Assembly (NCBI GenBank): GCA_024346625.1
Contig: AP024664.1
Location: forward strand, 2,356,001 to 2,420,000
DNA length: 64,000 nt
Source: Williopsis jadinii
Lineage: Eukaryota
Reading direction: 5' to 3'
Part shown: piece by piece, positions 1 to 12,442 of the stretch
How the letters are laid out: every line of letters starts with the position of its first letter
Numbering within the stretch: position 1 is the stretch's first letter
The notes under the pieces: generated by a model
Databases searched by the model: none
The model's input: the letters and a program-made list of their open reading frames with translations, nothing else
Told to the model about the DNA's origin: nothing
Made by a program: the position numbers and the translations under genes

Positions 1-2694
<2,694 letters not shown>

Positions 2695-2704
2695 TGTTTC
2701 GGCA

Positions 2705-2744
2705 ACTCTATTTTTTGCTGGCGGGTGCCAGCTGGGGATAGAGT
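2705..2744 (+). other. 3'ETS stem-loop, candidate Rnt1 (RNase III) processing signal
   Basis: ACTCTATTTTTTGCTGGC-GGGT-GCCAGCTGGGGATAGAGT gives an 18-position stem (one U-U, four G-U) capped by an NGNN tetraloop, starting 11 nt after the 25S end. Present after all five 25S copies. Confidence 0.75.
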
Positions 2745-2783
2745 GTCACACAGTTGCCGTAGGCGACTGTGTATTTGTTTTGG

Positions 2784-2911
2784 TGACGGTAGGGTAATCT
2801 TTGGTGTGAGTGGTTTAGTTTTTGCTTTTTTGTCACGGGGTGTGTGGGTGTTGTGATGAAGATGGTCTCTGAGGTTTTATGACGGTAGGGTAACAGTTGG
2901 TGTGAGTGGTT
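2784..2911 (+). terminator. Candidate Pol I terminator: two direct repeats with Reb1/Nsi1-like GGTAGGGTAA cores
   Basis: TGACGGTAGGGTAA-n4-TGGTGTGAGTGG at 2784 and 2880, each preceded by T-rich sequence, about 90-215 nt after the 25S end. Function is inferred from position and motif similarity. Confidence 0.5.
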
Positions 2912-3019
2912 GAATTTTTTTTAATTTTTCACCAGAGCTCCCAGGAGGAATTTTTGTTTTTCGTGAGGGGAGGGGGTTTCCACCGGCTAGGCTGGGCTGG
3001 GCTTCCAGGCTGGGCTTAA

Positions 3020-3237
3020 AAAAGTTAGGCGGGTGGTCAGCCTAAAAAGCTAGGCGGGTGGGATAAGCATAGAAAGCTAGGCGGGTGGTCAGCCTAAAAA
3101 GCTAGGCGGGTGGGATAAGCCTAGAAAGCTAGGCGGGTGGTCAGCCTAAAATGCTAGGCGGGTGGTCAGCCTAAAATGCTAGGCGGGTGGTCAGCCTAAA
3201 ATGCTAGGCGGGATGGGCTTAAAATGTTAGGCGGGTC
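3020..3237. repeat. IGS1 25/27-bp tandem repeat (9 TAGGCGGG cores)
   Basis: Monomers GCTAGGCGGGTGGTCAGCCTAAAAA and GCTAGGCGGGTGGGATAAGCCTAGAAA. Equivalent arrays at ~15695-15887, 28684-28901, 41119-41311, 53514-53706 and 58093-58310. Confidence 0.95.
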
Positions 3238-3830
3238 CACACTGGGGCACCACAGACACCAAGTCCAAACACTTAGGAAAGACACCCAGACCAGACCAAG
3301 ACCAACCTATGGCTACACCAACAGATTCCCACAACGACAACCACGGGAAATGGGAATGTGGCCCCAAAGTGGGATTTTACCAAAACCGTTAGTATGGGGA
3401 TCCCCCAGGCAGTGGGAATTTCCGGTTACGAGCGCTGGCGAGGATTTTCTAATTTTGCGAGAAGTGCGACCATCCCTCCGCGCCTGCGCCGCTGCGGGAT
3501 GGTCATAATGATTTAAAAAAACTAGGGGTATCCGGTTCCGCCCCCGTATATAGGTATATATATGTGTGTAGATGGGTGGGTGGTGGTGGTGGTTGACGGG
3601 GGGGGAGGGGGGTTTATATAGTTTTGGGTGGTGTTGGGTGGTCACGTGGGTCACGTGAGTGGTGGGCGGGTGGTGTGTGTGGTGTAAGGGTGTGCAGTCA
3701 CCGGGCGGGTCACGTGGATGGTGTTAGGGCTGGTGTAGGCCACGGCCACCAGCCGGGTAGACTACCCCTTTTGGGACACCGGGTAGACTGCCCCCTTTGG
3801 GAAGCCGGTTACCCAACTTGGGTAAAAAAA

Positions 3831-3951
3831 AGATTGCAGCACCTGAGTTTCGCGTATGGTCACCCACTACACTACTCGATCAGGCTCTTAGCAGCTTAAC
3901 TACAGTTGATCGGACGGGAAACGGTGCTTTCTGCTAGATATGGCCGCAACC
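3831..3951 (-). rRNA. RDN5: 5S rRNA
   Basis: Reverse complement reads GGTTGCGGCCATATCTAGCAGAAAGCACCG...GGTGCTGCAATCT (121 nt), followed by an oligo-T Pol III terminator (A-run 3824-3830). Confidence 0.99.
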
Positions 3952-3973
3952 GAAATGGAAGCGCGCGGGGGAG

Positions 3974-4055
3974 GTTACACTGCTTACACTGCTTACACCG
4001 CTTACTAAGCAGCTTACTAAGAAACGCTTACTAAGACACCGCTTACTAAGCACTG
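3974..4055. repeat. Short repeats upstream of 5S: TTACAC(T/C)GC x3 then GCTTACTAAG x4
   Basis: Read directly; present beside all six 5S genes. Confidence 0.9.
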
Positions 4056-4174
4056 TGTAGATGTAGCAGGTGGGTGTAGGGGTAAGGTCCAGCGGGCCCA
4101 GGGCATCCAGGGGGCTGTCTATAGCGGGAGCTATAGGGCGCGTCGTACGTGGACGTGTAGCAGGTGTGTAGTGA

Positions 4175-7095
4175 GTGTCCATTGGGGGCCTGGGTGTCCA
4201 GCGGGCGGTCATTTGGTGATGATTCAGGAGTGAACCAGCGGTGAGTTGATGTCCACGGGTGGCCAGCGGGCCTCCAGGGGACCTCCAGGGGGCCTCTAGG
4301 GGATGGATCGTGGTCTCTAAGGTGGGTCTAGCATGTTTACAGTACATAGATGTGTGGAAGATGTCCATTGGGTGTCTGATTGTTTACTCGGGGTCCATTT
4401 GGTGTTGATTCAGGGGTGAGTTGATGTCCATGGATGTCCAGGGATGTCCACGGGATGTCCAGCGGGCGTCCATAGGCCTCTAGGGGCGTCCGGTGGCTAT
4501 ATCGTGGTCTCCAGGGTCTGTCCAGGGTATTCCCAGCCTGTAGTTGTGTAGAAGATGTCCATTGGGTGTCTGATTGTTTACTCCGTGTCCACTTGGTGAT
4601 GATTCAGCGGCAGCGAGCGTTGAGGGGGCCTCTAGGGGCCTCCAACGGGAGCCTGGTGGATGGATCGTGGTCTCCAGTGTGTTCCCAGCTTGTAGATGTC
4701 CATTGCATGTCCAATAAGTGTTTGGTTGTTGACCCGCTGTCCATTTGGTGTTGATTCAGGGGCGAGATGATGTTCACGGGGCATCCACAGACCTCTAGCA
4801 AGAGCCTGGTGGATGTATCGTGGTCTCCAGCGTCTGTCCAGGGTATTCCCAGTGTGTAGATGTCCATTGAGTGTCCATTGGTGGCCTTGTTGTTTACACG
4901 GTGTCCACTTGATGATGATTCAGCGGCAAGCGAACGTTGATGGAGCGTCCAAGAAGCCTCTAGGGACCTCCAGCGGGAGCCTAGTCGATGCCTAGACATC
5001 CTTAGGTGGTCTCCAGCATCTTCCCTGTTTGTAGTTGTCCATTGAATGTCCATTGGTGGCCTTGTTGTTGACACGGTGTCCACTTGGTGTTGATTCAGCG
5101 GCAAGCGAACGTCGACGAGGTGGCCACCAGGCATCCACAGACCTCTAGCAAGAGCCTGGTGGGTGGATTGTGGTCGCCAGGGTTGGTCTAGAGTATTTCC
5201 AGTGTGTTGATGTCCATTGAATGTCCAATAGATGGCTTGTTGTTTACCCGCCGCCCACTCGGTGATGTTTCAGCGGCGAGTTGATGTCCACAGTATGTCC
5301 ACGGGGCAACCATAAGCCTCTAGCGACAGCCTGGTGGATGTATCACGGTCTCTAGCGTCTGTCCAGCGTATTCCCAGCAAGTAGATGTCCAATTGGTGTC
5401 CATTGGTGGCCTTGTTGTTGACACGGTGTCCACTTGATGATGATTCAGCGGCAAGCGAACGTTGATGGGGCCTTCACGCGGCAAACATAAGCCTCTAGCG
5501 AACGTCCAGTGGATGGATCGTGGTCTCCAGTGTCTGTTTGGCATGTTCCCAGTACGTTGATGTCCAATTGGTGTCCATTGGTGGCCTTGTTGTTTACACG
5601 GTGTCCACTTGGTGTTGATTCAGCGGCGAGAAAACGTCGACGAGGTGGCCACCAGGCATCCACAGACCGCTAGCGATAGCCTGGTGGATGTATCGTGGTC
5701 TCCAGTGTCTGTTTGGCATGTGTCCAGTGTGTAGGTATCCATTGAATGTCCATTGGTGGCCTTGTTGTTTACCCGCTGTCCATTTGGTGTTGATTCAGGG
5801 GCGAGAAAGCGTCGACGGCGTTGCCACCAGGCATCCGCAGGCCTCTAGCGATAGCCTGGTGGATGGACCGTGGCCTCCAGTGTCTGTTTGGCATGTGTCC
5901 AGCATGTAGATGTGTGGAAGATGTCCATTGGTGGCCTTGTTGTTTACACGGTGTCCACTTGATGATGATTCAGCGGCGAGAAAACGTCGACGGGGTGGCC
6001 ACCAGGCATCCACAGACCTCTAGCGACAGCCTGGTGGATGTATCGTGGTCTCTAGCGTCTGTCCAAGGTATTCCCAGTGCGTTGATGTCCATTGAATGTC
6101 CAATAGATGGCTTGTTGTTTACCCGCCGCCCACTTGATGATGTTTCAGCGGCGAGTTGATGTCCACAGGATGTCCACCAGGCATCCACAGACCTCTAGCG
6201 ATAGCCTGGTGGATGTATCGTGGTCTCTAGCGTCTGTTTGGCATGTGTCCAGCATGTAGTTGTCCAATTGGTGTCCATCGGTGGCCTTGTTGTTTACACC
6301 GTGTCCACTTGATGATGTTTCAGCAGTGAGTTGATGTCCACAGGATGTCCACGGGGCAACCATAAGCCTCTAGCGAACGTCTAGTCGATGTATCGTGGTC
6401 TCCAGTGTCTGTTTGGCATGTGTCCAGTGTGTAGGTATCCGTTGAATGTCCATTGGTGGCCTGATTGTTTACCCGCTGTCCATTTGGTGTTGATTCAGCG
6501 GCGAGAAAACGGCGACGGCGTTGCCACCAGGCATCCGCAGGCCTCTATCAAGAGCCTGGTGGATGTATCGTGGCCTCTAGGGATGGTCTAGCGTATTCCC
6601 AGTGTGTAGATTTCCATTGAATGTCCATTGGTCGCCTCTTTGTTTACCCCCCGCCCGCTTGATGATGTTTCAGCGGCGTGTTGATGTCCACAGGATGTTC
6701 ACGGGGCAAACATAAGCCTCTAGCGAGAGCCTGGTGGGTGGAGCGTGGTCTCCAGTGTCTGTTTGGCACGTGTCCAGCATGTAGATGTGTGGAAGATGTC
6801 CATTGGTGGCCTCGTTGTTTACACGGTGTCCACTTGATGTTGTTTCAGCGGCGAGAAAACGTCGACGGGGCCTCCACGCGGCAAACATAAGCCTCTAGCG
6901 ATAGCCTGGTGGATGTATCGTGGCCTCTAGGTTCTGTCCAGCATGTTTCCAATACATAGATGTGTAGAAGATGTCCAACCAGCGCCCCTTTGTTTACCCT
7001 CTACCCCCTTGATGTTCATTCAGGGAAAAGTTTTTTTTTTCGCAAATTCAGCGGCGAGAAAACGCCCACGCGGTGGCCACCGGTTCAGGCATTAG
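4175..7095. repeat. IGS2 ~175-bp tandem array, ~16-17 diverged copies
   Basis: Recurring CCTCTAGCGA..GCCTGGTGGATGTATCGTGGTCTC..GTCCATTGGTGGCCTTGTTGTTTAC..GATTCAGCGGC at 175-bp period (ORF-track starts 5795, 5970, 6145). Edges are degenerate, so boundaries are approximate. Confidence 0.95.
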
Positions 7096-8196
7096 CTCCG
7101 ATCCAGGTAAAGTGGCCCCGCCAGCTTGGTGTCCAGCAGTAAATTGGCGCAATTCGGGATCAACCACCCCCATGTGGGGCCCGGAGTTTGACACATCCTC
7201 TAATATCCGCAACACTTAAATGCTTCCAGAACTCCACACACACATCCTACCACAACCAAAATCACTGTTCCACGCTCACAAAATTCACGCCTTTCCAATG
7301 AGACCAAAATACCCTGGTATTTCCACCATTTGGGTTTTTCATTCCATTATTTTACTGTTAACATCTACCCAAATTTTATAATCCGAAAAAGACTCACCTA
7401 TTCTCGGAGATATCCTAAATTAATATATACTATATAATCCCATAACTCGGGAACTAGCAGAGCTTTCGAGCTATAAACACCACTACTGGATAGCTACGCT
7501 CCAGAACTTACCACTGGGTTTAAGTTGTTTCCCGGTTTATGGGTGCCCATCTCCCTGGAAAGCAAAACATGGTTTTTAGAGGGCAACCTGCATTTTCTCG
7601 GCGAACCCCGGTTTGTTCCAACTTTATCAAAAGTGGGTCTTTCATGGCCAAACTTGGGTCATATATTCACCTTCAGGAGTAGTACCTATGGTCCAACAGC
7701 CATGGATGGGTGCACTTTGCCCATTGTTCAGGAGGTATAAGTACAAAATTACATGCATAAATGTTGATTTTTGGGTGCCGCCGAGCAACCGGAATTAACC
7801 AGAGATGATGCAAGATGATAGTACTGTGTCAGTTACACCACCTTGGCTTATTAGATCGGTCAAATTCATCGCGCGTGGTGGTGCAATTTGCGTTTAAAGG
7901 GTGTATAAAATGGCTTTTTGGTGTAAGGATGTTTGGGTGTTTGGATGAAATGTTTGGATGTTTTGGCAGGGTGGTGGGGGCAGGTGGGGGGCATATAATT
8001 GGATATTTTGGGATGGGGGCGATATGTTTGGGGAGTTTTTGGTATGGATCGGGAGGTTGGAGCGTGGTTTGAACCATTGGGCTTGTTGTGGTGTTTATGG
8101 CGTTTGTGCTGGGAGTGCGCTGGCTGTTACAAGTGTTGGGGTGGTCGGATCTGGCTTTCCGGGGTGTTGCCCGTTCCCGAAAAACAAAGTGGGGGC

Positions 8197-8425
8197 TTAA
8201 CTATGGGCGCTTAACTATGGGCGCTTAACTATGGGCGCTTAACTATGGGAGATTCACTATGAGACTTAACTATGGGATCTCTACTATGGGAGCTTCACTA
8301 TAGGTGGTTAACTATGGGAGTTCCACTATAGGTGGTTAACTACGGGGATGGTAGGTGGTGTTGCCCGTTCCCGAAAAACAAACTGGGAGTTAACTATGGG
8401 CGTTAACTATGGGGTTCCACTATGA
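8197..8425. repeat. TTAACTATGGG-based ~14-bp repeat cluster with a duplicated GTGTTGCCCGTTCCCGAAAAACAAA
   Basis: Four perfect TTAACTATGGG starts in tandem here (three in the other units) plus degenerate ACTATG/ACTATA copies. Confidence 0.9.
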
Positions 8426-8443
8426 AGGTCTTTAATTTTTCCT

Positions 8444-8977
8444 GAAGTTATTCGCATCCATGAAAATCTATACTTTCAAGGGGTATTTAATTTTTGTTGA
8501 TGTAGTGCGCGGCCCAAAAAAGCTATAGAGGTTAAACTTTGGTGAAGTTATTCGCATCCATGAAAATCTATACTTCCAAGGGGTATTTAATTTTTGTTGA
8601 TGTAGTGCGCGGCCCAAAAAATCTATAGAGGTTAAATTTTGGTGAAGTTACTCGCTTCCATGAAAATCTATACTTTCAAGGGGTATTTAATTTTTGTTGA
8701 TGTAGTGCGCGGCCCAAAAAATCCATAGAGGTTAAATTTTGGTGAAGTTACTCGCTTCCATAAAAATCTATACTTCCAAGGGGTATTTAATTTTTGTTGA
8801 TGTAGTGCGCGGCCCAAAAAAAATCTATAGAGGTTAAATTTTGGTGAAGTTACTCGCTCCCATAAAAATCTATACTTCCAAGGGGTATTTAATTTTTGTT
8901 GATGTAGTGCGCGGCCCAAAAAAAATCTATAGAGGTTAAATTTTGGTGATGTTATTCGCATCCATAAAAATCTATAG
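8444..8977. repeat. ~100-bp tandem array upstream of the Pol I promoter (5 full copies plus a partial)
   Basis: GAAGTTA(T/C)TCGC..AAAATCTATACTT..AAGGGGTATTTAATTTTTGTTGATGTAGTGCGCGGCCCAAAAAA..TATAGAGGTTAAA at 100-102 bp period. Confidence 0.97.
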
Positions 8978-9279
8978 GGATTCCATATGGGAGTTCCATG
9001 GGGGTTCCATGGAAATCTTCAATTTTAGTGATGTGGCGCGCGATCTTGAAAATCTAACTACAAGACTTGGTCTATATGGACTGTCTACAATAGATGTTTC
9101 CAGTAGATGCCCACCTTTTTGGTTGGGTTGCGCCCTGTTGAAAAATTCATTTGTAGGTGTTGATGTATAAAGTGTAAGAAGAACAAACCTCTCTAACAAT
9201 CGACGAGAGGGTGGACTGAAAACCAAATCCATCGACGGTTGCCCTAAAATGAAAAATTTTTCACTGTTGCTCACACCGG

Positions 9280-9382
9280 AAAATTTTTTCCATGTTTGCG
9301 TCGCTTTTTTGTTGTGCTGCACGGACCGGAAAAATTTTTCATCTTTGCGTCCCTTTTTTGTTGTGCTGCACGGACCGAAAAA
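9280..9382. repeat. Two ~48-bp direct repeats upstream of the Pol I promoter
   Basis: AAAATTTTT..TTTGCGTC.CTTTTTTGTTGTGCTGCACGGACCG occurs twice. Confidence 0.85.
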
Positions 9383-9619
9383 TCTCACTTCCGGAACACT
9401 CTGAAACCGAATCTCAATTTCGGGACGGCCAACAACAAAATATGTGGCCTGTCCCAAAAACGCGTGGCCGAAATCTTGAAAATCCAAAATGTATGAGGCG
9501 AACCCAAAACATTGACGCAGGGTATATGCAGGCGGTAGACGGCGTTGGTATAGCTCTGAGACTACAGACGATTGAAGAATTCAAAATCCAGAAAACACAA
9601 GTCCACACCTGATCAGTCT

Positions 9620-9660
9620 TCCAAAGATGAAAGAGGCTCGGAGGTACTACATGTGGGAGC
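9620..9660 (+). promoter_or_regulatory. Pol I core promoter, predicted start at 9651
   Basis: GGAGGTACTAC|ATG resembles the S. cerevisiae 35S start context GGAGGTACTTC|ATG and yields a 703-nt 5'ETS (about 700 nt in S. cerevisiae). Equivalent starts at 22005, 34442 and 46835. Confidence 0.7.
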
Positions 9661-10353
9661 GTTTGGACGATTTGAAAAAGTCGTCTGGAGTGGCCCACAG
9701 GCCTTGTTGGACGGTGGTGAAGGTGCTAGTGTGGTCGCCAGACTGTGCTTGCCTTGTACACCGTGTCGACATGGGCGGGGATGGGTTCGTTGGGCATTCG
9801 GTAAGTGAAGGGAGACTCTCCTTCCATCAACAACACCTTCTTTGCCCGTTCTGGGTTTAGGGAGAGACCATAGGGGGGGATCCTTTTTCTTTTGATGTTT
9901 TTCGGCCTACGCCTGAGCAGTCCCGTCTGGGAGTTCTTCCACGGGCGGGCACTGAGGGATTTAGTGGACTACTAGCCTATGGCAAGTGTTGTAACTAGAA
10001 TCCTGGGGGCATACCTGCCTGGATAACCGTAGCGATACGTGAGTCCAGGCGGCGTGACCTCCTCTCAAGCCAGTGATGCTAAACCCGGGACGCATGAAAC
10101 ACGGCACTGGAGTTTAGCGGAGCCTGTGCTAGAGGAAATTTAAAGAGGGCTATATGGATGTGTTCTGTTCCCTGCCTGGGTTCTCCAGGCTGGGGGCAAG
10201 CACCAGTAGTTCTAACGAACTACTGCTTTACCACATAATATCTTCAGGGAGAACTTCTCCCGCTGGAAACGGGGGCGGACCCGGCTCTAGGCAGCGTAGG
10301 CACACCGGCCTAGTCAGCTCCGCCTAGACGACACCCCCTAACCAAAGGATAGT

Positions 10354-11448
10354 TATCTGGTTGATCCTGCCAGTAGTCATATGCTTGTCTCAAAGATTAA
10401 GCCATGCATGTCTAAGTATAAGCAATTTATACAGTGAAACTGCGAATGGCTCATTAAATCAGTTATAGTTTATTTGATAGTACCTTACTACTTGGATAAC
10501 CGTGGTAATTCTAGAGCTAATACATGCTAAAAACCCCGACTGCTTGGGAGGGGTGTATTTATTAGATAAAAAATCAATGCCCTCGGGCTCTTTGATGATT
10601 CATAATAACTTGTCGAATCGCATGGCTTTACGCCGGCGATGGTTCATTCAAATTTCTGCCCTATCAACTGTCGATGGTAGGATAGTGGCCTACCATGGTG
10701 GCAACGGGTAACGGGGAATAAGGGTTCGATTCCGGAGAGGGAGCCTGAGAAACGGCTACCACATCCAAGGAAGGCAGCAGGCGCGCAAATTACCCAATCC
10801 TAATTCAGGGAGGTAGTGACAATAAATAACGATACAGGGCCCTTCTGGGTCTTGTAATTGGAATGAGTACAATGTAAATACCTTAACGAGGAACAATTGG
10901 AGGGCAAGTCTGGTGCCAGCAGCCGCGGTAATTCCAGCTCCAATAGCGTATATTAAAGTTGTTGCAGTTAAAAAGCTCGTAGTTGAACTTTGGGCCTGGC
11001 AGGCCGGTCCGCTTTTTGGCGAGTACTGACCCTGCCGGGCCTTTCCTTCTGGCTACCCTCCCCTCTGGAGAGGCGAACCAGGACTTTTACTTTGAAAAAA
11101 TTAGAGTGTTCAAAGCAGGCCTTTGCTCGAATATATTAGCATGGAATAATAGAATAGGACGTTTGGTTCTATTTTGTTGGTTTCTAGGACCATCGTAATG
11201 ATTAATAGGGACGGTCGGGGGCATCAGTATTCAGTTGTCAGAGGTGAAATTCTTGGATTTACTGAAGACTAACTACTGCGAAAGCATTTGCCAAGGACGT
11301 TTTCATTAATCAAGAACGAAAGTTAGGGGATCGAAGATGATCAGATACCGTCGTAGTCTTAACCATAAACTATGCCGACTAGGGATCGGGTGTTGTTTTT
11401 ATAATGACTCACTCGGCACCTTACGAGAAATCAAAGTCTTTGGGTTCT

Positions 11449-11517
<69 letters not shown>

Positions 11518-11956
11518 GCGGCTTAATTTGACTCAACACGGGGAAACTCACCAGGTCCAGACACAATAAGGATTGACAGATTGAGAGCTCTTTCTTGATT
11601 TTGTGGGTGGTGGTGCATGGCCGTTCTTAGTTGGTGGAGTGATTTGTCTGCTTAATTGCGATAACGAACGAGACCTTAACCTACTAAATAGCGCGACTAG
11701 CTTTTGCTGGTGCTGACGCTTCTTAGAGGGACTATCGATTTCAAGTCGATGGAAGTTTGAGGCAATAACAGGTCTGTGATGCCCTTAGACGTTCTGGGCC
11801 GCACGCGCGCTACACTGACGGAGCCAGCGAGTCTAGCCTTGGCCGAGAGGTCATGGGTAATCTTGTGAAACTCCGTCGTGCTGGGGATAGAGCATTGCAA
11901 TTATTGCTCTTCAACGAGGAATTCCTAGTAAGCGCAAGTCATCAGCTTGCGTTGAT

Positions 11957-12002
<46 letters not shown>

Positions 12003-12086
12003 AATGGCTTAGTGAGGCTTCAGGATTGGCTTATGGCGGGAGGCGACTCCTGCCTGGAGCCGAGAATCTAGTCAAACTTGGTCATT

Positions 12087-12144
<58 letters not shown>
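10354..12144 (+). rRNA. RDN18: 18S (SSU) rRNA
   Basis: Starts TATCTGGTTGATCCTGCCAG and ends GAACCTGCGGAAGGATCATTA; no introns. Confidence 0.99.
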
Positions 12145-12284
12145 GAGAACCTGGGCCTGCGCTTCTAGCGCGGCTCCAACCAATACACAGTGTATTTTGC
12201 TTCTTTTGCTTTGGCTCTGCCAAAGGTTTTAAACACAGAAATTTATTTTCTCTAGAAACTAGTCAATTTGAATTTTAATCTTCA
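12145..12284 (+). other. ITS1 (140 nt)
   Basis: Lies between the 18S end and the 5.8S start; resembles Cyberlindnera jadinii from recall. Confidence 0.95.
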
Positions 12285-12442
12285 AAACTTTCAACAACGG
12301 ATCTCTTGGTTCTCGCAACGATGAAGAACGCAGCGAAATGCGATACGTAATGTGAATTGCAGGTTTTCGTGAATCATCGAATCTTTGAACGCATATTGCG
12401 CTCTCTGGCATTCCAGAGAGCATGCCTGTTTGAGCGTCATTT
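12285..12442 (+). rRNA. RDN58: 5.8S rRNA
   Basis: AAACTTTCAACAACGGATCTCTTGG...GCCTGTTTGAGCGTCATTT, 158 nt. Confidence 0.99.

Noticed and set aside
3570..3700. TG-rich tract as an interstitial telomere
   Set aside because: There is no regular repeat unit and I cannot confirm this species' telomere motif; it is better described as G/T-skewed spacer.
3020..8977. CRISPR-like reading of the repeat arrays
   Set aside because: Monomers are contiguous tandem copies with no unique spacers, there are no cas genes, and the context is eukaryotic rDNA.
3224..9860. Many 60-176 aa ORFs in the IGS, repeated in each unit
   Set aside because: They are translations of tandem repeats and low-complexity skewed DNA, mostly with non-ATG starts. 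Frames break freely between units and no domains are recognisable.
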